Made by a program: the position numbers and the translations under genes
Source: Tetramitus jugosus
Lineage: Eukaryota; Protista; Heterolobosea
Reading direction: 5' to 3'
DNA: 64,000 bases
Assembly (NCBI GenBank): GCA_937625935.1
Contig: OW569388.1
Location: 1 to 64,000 of the forward strand
The notes under the pieces: model-generated
Database searches by the model: none
The model's input: only the letters and a program-made list of their open reading frames with translations
Told to the model about the DNA's origin: nothing
Part shown: positions 8,259 to 19,468 of the stretch, piece after piece
Layout of the letters: each line of letters starts with the position of its first letter
Position numbering within the stretch: position 1 is the stretch's first letter

Positions 8259-10946
8259 TTATTCATCAGCTTTTGTTTGATCTGAGGAATAAAGTTGTAA
8301 TAAAACAGGAAATAGTATGAAGGTGTTCACGAGAAGAATGAATTGACCCACAGCAATCATTTGGAAAAAGTAGGATCTCACTAGAATAATCTCATGGAAA
8401 CCAAGTGGCATGATGCTCAGAGTTGTTGATACACTACTCACAAACAATGGAAACAATATCATGTTACTTGATTTCTTAACATTCATTCCAGAGTAAATGA
8501 ATGACTTCAAGTAATGAGTATTAAACTCTGAGAATAGTCCAATGAGCAGCATAAGATTCATAATTGAGAGAGAATTAGTAGGGATACGGAGTAATCTTGT
8601 GAGTGCCAATAACTCAACAGTATTCACTAGGACCAGAAATGGATTCAATAATACTAGCGTAATCGTTTTCACCCAGTACTTATTCTTCTCCTCGGAATCT
8701 CGTTTATCAACACTGAAAATGATCACAATCAAGGATATGATCGTGATACAAACAATAGAAACTCCAAGTAACCACAATATATCAGTATTAAACGTGACAA
8801 ATGATTCAAATAAGGAATCAAAAGTATTAATAACGAAAAAGTTATCCTGCGTAATACTTGGATGTTGCTTCATAATGCTTTGTTCGAATTTCAAATTCAT
8901 CTTCTTTGTTTTGACAGCATCATTGGAATTCAAGATTTTATGATTGAAGAACATCAACCTTGAGAATGTTACCCTTCCATCATGCTCGCTATCTCGAAGT
9001 ACTAATTGTTGCACTGAATTTCCAATACTACTTGAAAAAAACTCTCCCAACCATTGATTAAATTTTTGACCTGGAACTTGATATTGATTTTGAATGTATT
9101 CAGAAGAATGATCACTCAAGAAGAAAATCCAAGATCTAAAAATGCTGAACCAATTCACTAACGAATTGGAATAAACGAATGGTAAAATCGATTCTGTTCT
9201 ATCCTCATTTTCGCCTGTTTCTGAAAGGCCATCGAGCATTGAATGAATATCTGGTGATGTAAAATCAATTGTTGAACTATTAGTTGACGATAAGACAATG
9301 AAACCGGGCATTTTAAATCCTCCAAACAATTCATTATAAGTCGTAAAAGCTTCTGTTAGTTGTGATCGTTTTGAATAAAAGTCAGTGATTTCGAATGGTC
9401 TTTGAGGAACAATGGCCAAAACTAAAACGCTTGCGACAAGTGCAACTGCTAGTAGAGTTAATATTGTTACTATGCAATACTTGTTCTTGGCCATTCTATA
9501 CTGATAATTACAAATCCGTTCGTAGATTGCTCCGGTTTGAGATCTATATTCTTCACTTTTACCATTCTCTCTGTCATCTCCTAATTGTTGTTCATCCGCA
9601 TCCAATCGAACTCTTTTTCGGTCATTATACCGTGTTTCTAGTAGCAATGAACTAGAAAAAGCATACAATAGAAATATTGAGTTTAGAATGATTGACAGCA
9701 ACGTTTGAAAAGTGAGTGCTCTTGTCATCATGGTCGATGATCGATTCATGAGTACAATAATCAGAATTAAAGTGGATATGATTAATAGAGTAGATAATGC
9801 AGATGCCGATGCAACTGGGTGAATAAAGTGTTCAACAAGTTGAGCTTCACTATTCTCTTCATTTGTTGTTCGATTCAATCTTTGCTTCTCCTTGTAAGTA
9901 TTCCAATAAGATTGATAAATGAACAACCCATCAACACCAATACCCACTAAAAATAACGGCAGTGCTTGGGCAGATAGTGGTGTCATTGAATATCCGAATA
10001 CTAACTGACATATGACAATTGAACAACTAATAGAACCAATGACCAAGTAAATTCCAAAGCATGCAATCAACAATCTTATCAATATCGAATCTCTCTTTGA
10101 ACTTCTCATAAAAATGAATGAAGTGAAAACAATAACAGCACTGATAATCACTCCGACAACGAATAGAGGTCCAATCTTGTAAAATGTACGTTCAATCTCT
10201 TTTTCCAACATTGAATCGCTCTGAATTAACACTCTGAATGAATATGTCTCGTTCTTATTGATGTTAGAAGTAAAGTGTATAAATTGACTCTCCCATGTTG
10301 AAAACATGTCCGTATCGTTAGTGGCAAATGTAATTGAGAAGCTCAATGCTTGTGCCTTTTCAATTCTAGAGTGCACAGAATTCCAAGATATTCCTCCAAT
10401 AAGATCAGACGGATCAATAGAGCCACCAATAGAAGTCTTGAGTTTGTAAGACATGGTTTTTAGATGATCCTTGTCATTCCATAATCGAGTAGCATTGTCT
10501 TTCCAATATGCCATCACACTTGGACTGTAACAGGCTCCAAAATCTTCATTACCAGCTGCAGAACTCGCTCCCAACTTGTAACAAATGTCATTCAACGCAA
10601 CAACTCTTTGAGTCACACTTGAAACTGCTTCCAGTTGTGCAATTCTCTTCCTCAACTGAGAAAACTCTGTTAGAACTTGTTTACTCAAAATATTGTTATC
10701 TAATAGCTCGGATTTGTTTCTTGGAACAACAATGACAGGAATAGCTGTAATTGACTTGGTTTCAGGAAACAGCTCATCCATTCGCTCAATCCGAGATTGA
10801 AGCAGAGAGTTTTGAACTTCTAGAATTTTTTTCGGGTCCATTTCTACTCTCAAAAAACAATAGAGAAGAGGAAGACTCACAAACACAAGGAGACTAAAGG
10901 TGAGAATGGAGCATAAAGGGTATCGGGTAGGGATCAAAAATTTCAT
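8259..10946 (-). CDS. Patched/NPC1-family sterol-sensing-domain (RND) membrane protein
   Basis: About 12 TM segments in two clusters, 'RVEMDPKKI', SSD motif 'LPLFLVGIGVDGLFI' and 'IGLFSEFNTHY'. Likely start is MKFLIP at 10946. Confidence 0.85.
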   Translation of the reverse strand: MKFLIPTRYPLCSILTFSLLVFVSLPLLYCFLRVEMDPKKILEVQNSLLQSRIERMDELFPETKSITAIPVIVVPRNKSELLDNNILSKQVLTEFSQLRKRIAQLEAVSSVTQRVVALNDICYKLGASSAAGNEDFGACYSPSVMAYWKDNATRLWNDKDHLKTMSYKLKTSIGGSIDPSDLIGGISWNSVHSRIEKAQALSFSITFATNDTDMFSTWESQFIHFTSNINKNETYSFRVLIQSDSMLEKEIERTFYKIGPLFVVGVIISAVIVFTSFIFMRSSKRDSILIRLLIACFGIYLVIGSISCSIVICQLVFGYSMTPLSAQALPLFLVGIGVDGLFIYQSYWNTYKEKQRLNRTTNEENSEAQLVEHFIHPVASASALSTLLIISTLILIIVLMNRSSTMMTRALTFQTLLSIILNSIFLLYAFSSSLLLETRYNDRKRVRLDADEQQLGDDRENGKSEEYRSQTGAIYERICNYQYRMAKNKYCIVTILTLLAVALVASVLVLAIVPQRPFEITDFYSKRSQLTEAFTTYNELFGGFKMPGFIVLSSTNSSTIDFTSPDIHSMLDGLSETGENEDRTESILPFVYSNSLVNWFSIFRSWIFFLSDHSSEYIQNQYQVPGQKFNQWLGEFFSSSIGNSVQQLVLRDSEHDGRVTFSRLMFFNHKILNSNDAVKTKKMNLKFEQSIMKQHPSITQDNFFVINTFDSLFESFVTFNTDILWLLGVSIVCITIISLIVIIFSVDKRDSEEKNKYWVKTITLVLLNPFLVLVNTVELLALTRLLRIPTNSLSIMNLMLLIGLFSEFNTHYLKSFIYSGMNVKKSSNMILFPLFVSSVSTTLSIMPLGFHEIILVRSYFFQMIAVGQFILLVNTFILFPVLLQLYSSDQTKADE

Positions 10947-11268
10947 GTTCTTTTGTTTGTGTGATGAGTGAGCAATTGTTGACTTGGCAGCGTTAATGTT
11001 AACACATGCCGGTTGACCCATTAAGGTTTTTTTTGAAGCTTGGCGAAAGGTTGCGCTTCACATGACACCTAAATAACCTTTTATGGTCATTTGTCTCACC
11101 CGATCGTTCCTTCACAATACTTGGTTGATGACATTTGATTTCTTCACAAAACATGTTGTACTCAGTGCTGCACATAAAACGCAACTTGTTCAACCCTTCT
11201 TATGCTCTCACAAAAAAACAACAAAAAAATAATACCTTTCTACACATATACACCATACCAATAGTAAT

Positions 11269-13242
11269 ATGAAGTCCTTCATTTTGTTATCTGCACTCTT
11301 ATTGATTGTGTTTTTCACTCGCACAAGTTCATGTGGTCTCATTCAAGAAGAGATTCTCACTCTCGATTGTATGTTTATGCCAGGTTCTTAACTTTTTAGT
11401 TTTTTCCTTCAGGTTTATGACTAACCTGTTTGTTTGGAAATACTGTGTCCAGGTAAAGGAAGAGTTCATTTTCTCCCAGGTACTCCCTTTGAGGCGCATA
11501 TCAAGGCTGAGAAGGGTCTCCAATTGTATAATGTATTCATGGAGAAGCTGATGGAAAGAACAAAGTGCACTTGTCCTTCGATCACTGAGAGAAATTTCGT
11601 AAGACAATACGTGTTGGGAGTAGAATCTTTCTTGTCTCATAATCTCACCAATAGACTCGATGACTCCTGTCCTCAACAAGACAGCGGAATGAGTTTTTTG
11701 CAGAATTTGAAGTATGAGGCGTTCAATCCACCTAACAGTTGTTCTCTCAGTTCCATCGTCGCTGGAAAGCCATGCCTGTTGTCCTACTCGATTGGTGGTG
11801 CTTCACTTAATCTTGCTATCGATCAATGTCCTGCTGATAGTAATGGTAAAAAGAATAGATTACCATTTGTTTCTGTAACATGCACTGGTGCAGGTTGTTC
11901 ATCACTGTTCAAACCATGTACGAACAGCTGCGGATCATCATCATTGGTTTGCACCGAGCTTGGTGCAGTTTTCTCGGACCCATCCTATGAAAGTTTCCTA
12001 CAAACAGCTGGCATTTTTGATGTATCCAGTGGAAATTGTAACATCACTCCAACAAAATTCTTTACATCATTGGTCAAGAAGGTAATGGTTGATAGTTTTG
12101 GAGTAAGCTCCCTTGTTTGGGGTTCTCCAAGTATTTGTCTTCCAGGATCAGCAGAGTTTGAGAACGGTATCATCGATCCCGAAACTGGTACACTAAATGC
12201 TGCTAGTAGCTGGAATGGAAAACTATCGGATGGATCTCTGGTGAACAGTGACTCTAGAAAAGCTGGCTCATCTCATAAAATCCCAGATTCCACCACTAAA
12301 TTCGATGACAAGTACGTGGTGTTGCTGGAGAGAGATTGTAATGGATTGATATCTCTGCTCCCTGGGTCACTTGACCTTGGATTATATCTTCCTACACTGT
12401 CTCCATGGATGGAACATATCAACTCTGCGATGAATCAACTACGATCATGTGATAAGAGCTGGACATCTGCTTTGCAAAGAACTCTATTCCAAGTATACCA
12501 ACCAAATGGTTTTCTTTACAAGTTTACCAACACATTGAACCCATTCTCAGTTGGTAAGTGGACAAGCTCTCCTCTTCAAGCAATGTACGAGGCTTTAGGT
12601 TCACCAATTATCAATCTGAATACACCATCGACATGTAAGTTTGATACATATGATGATAAGGGATGCTCAGCTACCTACACTCAATTGGTCAAGCTCTTTG
12701 ATGAAGATATCAAAATTCACTTCAGTGTTTTCAGATGCAAGGAAAATCCTAATGATTTTCCAGGCGTCCATGTAACATGTGAAGGAAACATGTGTAATGC
12801 ATTGAACAATGCAAAGCTATGTAACTCAAACGCTGACTGCTCTAATGGACATATTTGTCTCGATATTTTAGAACAAGTGAGTACAACTAAGGATTTATGG
12901 GATATTGCCCTTGGCAGCTCTACTCAATGCCTTTCAAGCTCAAGTGTGAAAGCAAAAGACTTTAGTGATATGGTCTCAGTCCTTCAATCCAAACCAGCTC
13001 AGAAAATCAGTTCAGGCATGAAGGTTTGTATGGCTGATATACCTTCCAAAATCGAAAAGGTAGTTTCATGGGCAGAAGGAGCTTATATTGTATCTGGTCA
13101 CACTGCCTTTCTCCCTGGACTCGTGGATTATGCCGGACCAGCTCAACCGAATGACCCAAAGGCTTCAAGTGCTTCTTCTTCTTCCATGATGACAACATTT
13201 GCCTTTGTTGTTGTGTGTATTGTTGCTTCCTTCCTCATGTAA
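11269..13242 (+). CDS. Cys-rich, probably GPI-anchored surface protein with two internal repeats; intron 11369-11452
   Basis: Signal peptide MKSFILLSALLLIVF at 11269. An 84-nt GTATGT..CTAAC..CAG intron restores the frame (LDCKGRVHFLPG). The C-terminus has a Ser stretch followed by a hydrophobic tail. Confidence 0.8.
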
Positions 13243-14883
13243 GGAAATACAAACTCACTTACAATAAATATATTGAGTCGTTCATGTGTTTGCTATTTGG
13301 ATAGCTCAAGCGGAGATGCAAATTTTTGGCGCCAATTCAAAGCGACCATAAGAGAAATTTGGATCAAGTGAACTTCGAGTGTCACTGGAACATTCATTAT
13401 ACTTTGTGAAAATGGCCACCACCGACTCATCTTCCATCATTGATTGTCTAGATGGCATATCATCTTCCTTACCTTGGGTTCTGTGAGGTCTTTTCTTCTC
13501 ACATGTTCGTTGCTGCATTGTTAATTGACCGCGTCAAAGTTCATCTGACATCTCAAATGAATGATATTGTGTAAAATCGATAAGGGAGTTAGTTGCACTG
13601 TTCAAAGAATGATTTGAGTATGTTCAAGAGTAGTGGTGAAAGTTTGGAGAACAGAGAAGAATTGAGAGCCAAGAGGATCTTCTTTGGTCTTTCAAGAGTC
13701 AAAACAAGAGTTTCCTTCTCTATTTCCTCAATTCAGTACTTGAACGAAAGGAAGAGCTCGCAAACAGTAAGACTGCTGTGGCGTATGTTCAAAGAATCCT
13801 TGAACGACTCGTGAACAAGTATCGTATATGAGTGCGACTGAGGTCGGAGCTGGTCTGACACCAGCTGCAAAAGATGCTGTTGTTTGATACAAGTAATATG
13901 AGACAGGAAAATTTCATCCCTCTTTCTACTAAGAATTTGTTACAACTGATCTGATTCAACTCATCCTTGAAGAAGTGTATGAACCAAACCGGAAAGAAAT
14001 GATTGCAGCTGCTTTCAACTCCCGTCTAGTAAATTACCGCGATCGTTTTTGCTCTATTTGGGATTACAAATTGTGTTGGATCAAGTCCATTATCAGCAAG
14101 TATCAGATTGATGTGTCAACATTCTCAGAGGAGATTTTTTGCTATGTTGTCAAACCCAATTCATCATCAACGCCATATGAATTGGTTCACTACTTGTATT
14201 CACAGGGATTGAGAATAAGAAATGTCCGCAAAGGGGAAGGTTGTGATACTTCTGATGAGTCTTTCATGACAGTATTAACAAGTATGGAATTTGGGGAGAA
14301 CAAGAGGCGATGAAGTGATTGGGGTTGCTGTTGGCTGCTAGTGGAGAGTGCATGCCATATGAGTGCATTGTGTCTTACCACAGATTTGAACTTCGGGTTC
14401 CTCAAGTTCTCGATGATGTCACAAGACTCTTAGCTGAATATGGGGTGACAGAAGATTTCAGACGACCATCGCTTGAAACGGCAATATCATCTGGATTGTT
14501 TAATAGAGCTCTTGTGGCAGGTCCTCCATCCCCTAAGCTTCCCTTAATTCCTACTATTGTGTTTATTGTCGGTGCTTGACAAAGAACTGAGGGATGCTGA
14601 AAGTCGAACTGTTAGTTACAAATCATGTTGAGATAATGGTGAGAAGGTGAAGCACTTGGCAATAATTAAAAAAGAAAAAAAGAAGGCTCAATATGATGTC
14701 GGTCATCTTGGTGTTTCACACTTGCTTAGTTTTTTACTTGCTTTGAGGCGAGGTTCATCAATGTGATGTGAGTCAAAGTTATTCTTGAACAGGCCGATCT
14801 CATAAGAACCTAATAAGGGTTGCCAAAAAGAGGCCTTATCCAAACCTGGCCGTCAATCATCGAAATCGAGCCGATACTGGCTC

Positions 14884-15903
14884 CTATGCATCTATCTTCA
14901 GGTGCTCCCTCACAATGTCACTCGCCCTGTTCATGAGATTGGAAAGGATCCATCCAGTTTTCTTCTTATTAAGGGCACTGTACTCTTCATACAAGGGATC
15001 TTCATCATTCTTGAGTTCCTCTATTAAATCCAAGACCATTCCTTTAATCGCTCCTTGTATGTCACTCTTTTGAAGAGGACCTGTCTTGCTCAATAAACTT
15101 TGGAGACGAGAATGAGTCAAGCCTTGAATCATGTTGTATTTGAGTTCTTCTTCCTTGTCATTCAATCTGGGATCAACTTTAATCTTGACAGCTTCACGGA
15201 ACTCGGGTGCCTTGTCCTTGATGATAATTCTGTTTCCTTTGGGCAGGAATCGAGTGATAACTGGCCGAATAATGTTACCTTCACGAATATTATTCTCACG
15301 GATAGGAAGAGACAATCGTGCAGGGATTCCTGTTTGAGTTGACTTTGTGGATTGGGAGTAGTTCAGACAATCTTGAAGACTTCCCCGAAAGTCTGCCTGT
15401 GCATGAAAGATTCCATGCCTGACAAACAAGGACAGCGTCTCGTCAAAATCGAGCCACACTATGCTCTCGTCAGAGTAAACCACCTTGATATCAAAAGCAT
15501 AAAACATGTTGTTGGGACAGTACTGAAGTTGACCACCTTGAATCGTACGACCGTCAGGATGTACGTCCACCTCAGGGTGCTCATATTGTCCACCCATCAA
15601 TTCACCATAAACGATCACAGATCCCACAGTTCTGCTTTGCCATACCTCTGTCAACAGAGGTCTCAGCTCTTCTGCCCACTTGACCACGTGATGACCACAG
15701 AAAAAGAAGATTACATTCTCTGGCTTGCCCAACAATTCATTTCTGCTGGCCACTTGAATCTGTTGTCCGTCATAGAGAAAGGAAATATTGGCTCCGTGAC
15801 ATTTCTCTGACACGACCCATTCATCATCAATCTCTGAGCATCGAGCCTTGAATTTCTTGATGAGTCCTTGCTTGTTGTTACTGATACTTGGATACTTTTG
15901 CAT
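14884..15903 (-). CDS. ATP-dependent RNA ligase, Rnl2 family (T4 Rnl2 / kinetoplastid REL-like)
   Basis: N-terminal KYPSI(S)N, motif I 'EWVVSEKCHGAN', III 'VYGELMGG', IIIa 'FYAFDIKV', IV 'REGNIIRP', V 'RIIIKDK' and C-terminal domain 'RLQSLLSKTG'. 339 aa, intronless. Confidence 0.9.
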   Translation of the reverse strand: MQKYPSISNNKQGLIKKFKARCSEIDDEWVVSEKCHGANISFLYDGQQIQVASRNELLGKPENVIFFFCGHHVVKWAEELRPLLTEVWQSRTVGSVIVYGELMGGQYEHPEVDVHPDGRTIQGGQLQYCPNNMFYAFDIKVVYSDESIVWLDFDETLSLFVRHGIFHAQADFRGSLQDCLNYSQSTKSTQTGIPARLSLPIRENNIREGNIIRPVITRFLPKGNRIIIKDKAPEFREAVKIKVDPRLNDKEEELKYNMIQGLTHSRLQSLLSKTGPLQKSDIQGAIKGMVLDLIEELKNDEDPLYEEYSALNKKKTGWILSNLMNRASDIVREHLKIDA

Positions 15904-16364
15904 GCTTGTGATTGTTTTTTGGTTGTCTTATTGATCCAGGACATGTATGTCCAATGTATCGAGATTCATCTTTGGAGTTCCAGCGGTGCAGTTTGGGTGT
16001 TGCATCTCATGACTCGAATTTTTTTTCCGAATTCCTGCCGAAATCGCAAACAATCAATGTTTGCAGGAAGAAAGAGCTGGGTGAAATGAGGAGGGATTTT
16101 GGCCATGATTCAATTGGGAAACTCATTCTTGAACTAACTTTAACCCACCCAGATCCTGAAGGTAGTTTGAAAATCTACTCCACAGAAAAGGTTCGGAGAT
16201 TGTTCGGGGATTCATCGACTATTTTGCAAAAAACTGATCCGACTTAATACCTTTCAAAAGTTCACACGTACGAAATAGGAAATCAATCTTTCGTGGGGAT
16301 TTGCCAGGGAAATCTCATCACAAAATCATGAGCTCGTCAAGCGAATAAAAATTCATCACAATAC

Positions 16365-18785
16365 ATGATGCTCACATTCTTTCATCATTCACAAGATGGT
16401 TATCGAACAATAGGAAGTGAAGAAAATGACAGAGATACTATCAATCCCCAACCAGGAAATGAGAGTTTGCCAGATCACCTGAACGATGTTCCAAGGAATC
16501 ATGAAGACTATCATCCCCCATGGTGTGATGTTTATGGACCTAGTATGAAGAAGCAGGGCAGACAAAGATTGCTTTGTATGGCTTTGAAAATGTTTCGATT
16601 CTCTTGGAGCTTCAACGTTGTTTTTCTAGTGACTCTTTTGACCTCCCTGATTATTATCGGTCTATCACTGTGGTTAGCCAATTATTATGTGATACGGCGA
16701 GGAGTTGAACAAGCGGCCAAGATCCAAAGAGATGAATTGACTTCGCGAGTTCTGACCCATGTTCGGGACTTTGTGTCCACGGGACCCTTCGTTGTTCAAG
16801 CCATTATTAAGACAATGGAATCGGGGGATCGGTCTGGTTTTAACTTTAGTGATTCGAGGAATGAAAAGAGCCGAAAACTCCAAGAAGTACTCATGTTGAG
16901 TCAACTCGAAAACCCTAAAATCACAACCCTATGGTACGGAACTCATTACAATTACTTCACCGGTATGTTGATTAATGATACAAGTACACCTCGCCAGAGA
17001 TTCATACTAGGACTATCGAATGGAGACGGAGCCCTGAATGAGTATTCAATGAATACTGCGTTGGATGTGGCAACTACCATATCTATGACCCACTTCGGAT
17101 ACATTCCAACTCAACGTCCTTGGTACTTGGCTGCAAAAGAAACTGGTGCGACTCTTTGGGGTAAAATCTTGTTCACTGTAACACAACCACCACATCTGAC
17201 TGTCGCAGTAACCGGACCATACTTTGATGTGAATGATAGGAGCTTATATGGTGCAGTAAGTGCTGGAATCAATCTTCAAACGCTGTCAGACTTCTTGGGA
17301 TCACTCGTTATTTTTCCAGAAACCAGATTGTATGTGCTGCAAAGAGATATGACATTGGTCGCAGTGAACAAGGGCAAGATAACAAACGATACTGATCCTC
17401 AAAACCCTCAGATGGTCGATGCAAGAAACAGCACAGATTTTGTAATCCGTGAATCAGCCAACGTTATAGATCAGGCTTTAGGGGTTCCGTTACCAGTAGA
17501 TGATAGTAAATATGTTGGATTCCACTTTGTGGATTCGACAGGAGAGAAGCGGCAGGTTTCAATCATTGGATTTGAAGACAATTTTGGTCTCAGTTGGAAC
17601 ATAGTATCTGTGATATCAGAGTCTGTTGTTCTGAAGGTTGTGAACAAGTCAAACCAAGTGTTAGCCACTGTGACAGTTTGCACTATCATCGGAACACTTC
17701 TGATAGCTCTAATTATCAGCATAATAATATCCGTACCATTGTATGAAATCGCAAGAGAGTTCGCGAGGATCACCAAGATGAACTTTAGGAATCAGACGCG
17801 CAAGATTCACTCTCTTCCAATCTTCGAAATTGCAGTCATGACAGAATCTATCAGACAATTGAAAAATGGACTTCAATTGTTTGATGCTTATGTTCCTTCA
17901 GACGTTGTTAAAGTATTGATGTCGAGGAATGCAAGTGCTCGACTTGGAGTTGTGAGAAGGAGAATGACAATCTTGTTTATCGACACAAGATTCGAGAATA
18001 CTAACAATCTCTCGCCAAATCTTCTCGTGGAGATGTTACAAATCATGTTCACCTCTTTTGCTCAAATTGTGACTGATGAAGGAGGAGTTGTGGACAAGTA
18101 TCTTTCTGAAGGAATGATGTGTCTTTTCAATGCACCATTGAGCATTGATGATCATGAACTCAGATCGATTCGAGCATGTATTAAAATACATGAGAGTGTT
18201 CATGAATTGAATCGAGAGTGGATAAGCAAGGGCCACCCCAATATCTCCATTCAAATTGGAGTGAACACTGACCAATGTTTCATAGGAAATGTAGGAAGTC
18301 GATCTCGAGTCAACTACACAGCGCTAGGCGATGCAGTGAATGTGGCTAGTCGATTGACATCAATCAACAAACAATATCATACATCAATAATGATTGGACC
18401 CAAGACAAAAGAAGCCGTTCAAGATTACTTTGTCTGTCGATGGATTTCCTTTGTTTGTGTCAAAGGAAAATCTCAACCTCGTATGTATTTCTACTTTTTG
18501 TATCTTTGGTTGATCATCATGACCTAACAATTTTCTTCATAATGTTCAGTTCATGTGTTTGAAGTTTTGTCTGAGCGAGAAAAGGCATCAGACAAGCAAA
18601 AAGAACTGGAAAGTCTTACATCTCAAGTGAAGCAACTCATTGAAGAGAACAATATCAACTCGGCTCTTTCCTTGGTTTTAAAGTTGTTGTTAGATTATCC
18701 CAGAGACAAAGCATTGATTGAATTGAGAACAAGACTCGAGTCTCCCAACTTTTGTCCTTACGTGGAAGTTGGTAGAAAAGTGTAA
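16365..18785 (+). CDS. Receptor-type class III adenylyl/guanylyl cyclase (TM-dCache-TM-HAMP-cyclase); intron 18481-18549
   Basis: Cache motif 'YIPTQRPWY', two TMs, cyclase motifs 'IGVNTD..FIGNVGS..RVNYTALGDAVNVASRL' and 'VKGKSQP'. A 69-nt intron joins ORF 18555..18785. Confidence 0.85.
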
Positions 18786-19066
18786 CATCAAAATAGGATT
18801 CCACTCAAGCTTTAATTTTTCATTGTTCACTGAACAAGTCTCGCTGTTTCATTCTTGTTCACGTAAAACTTGAATAGGAAAATACTCACTCAACTTCAGA
18901 CAAATTGTCTTATTTCTCTACCAGAACTGAACTGTTCCACACAGTCGACGTTAGAGTAACTTTCATGCAAAGCTTATAGTGGTTTCTTCTTAGAATACAC
19001 ACAATTCTAGGTGTGTAAATCACACACAACAAAAATTGTCTTCATCATGACCTTCTCTTTGAGTTT

Positions 19067-19416
19067 CTAGTTGGAAAAGAACACAATCATGAGCAACATG
19101 ACCAAAAAATTCCAAAGCGCAATAAAAATACGCAGAGCTCTCAGATCCATCACAAATTGTTTCAGTGTAGCTTTGATACCTCCTCCTTCCTCTGATGTCT
19201 TTGTTGCTTGATCATCTGTTGTGCCGTTGACATCTTGTGTCGATGATGGCGATCTGTATCATCATCAGAACAATCCAAAAAACAAAGAGTCAGAAAAGAT
19301 GATCACCTTTACAAAGATTGACGAGAAAATAATACAACATACATGTTAAAGTTAAGGATAGCAAACGCGTTCAACAGTAACGTTGATCCAATCACCAAAT
19401 CCGAGAATGACAACAT
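19067..19416 (-). CDS. SMIM7: Small integral membrane protein 7 homolog (86 aa); intron 19254-19342; only exon 1 is visible in the ORF track
   Basis: Exon 1 is MLSFSDLVIGSTLLLNAFAILNFN and exon 2 ends ...LKQFVMDLRALRIFIALWNFLVMLLMIVFFSN*. This matches the SMIM7 pattern, and the GT-AG intron keeps the frame. Confidence 0.85.
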
Positions 19417-19468
19417 ATCGTACGCTTTGTTTTCTCCGTGTTTTGCGCCAAAAAAATTTGTCGGATGA

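Noticed and set aside
13300-14800. Short ORFs 13975..14313 and 14319..14579
   Set aside because: They look like decayed coding fragments, but no family could be supported from the sequence.
14790-16330. Possible transposon or viral boundaries around the Rnl2 gene
   Set aside because: No terminal inverted repeats, LTRs or target-site duplication could be identified by eye.
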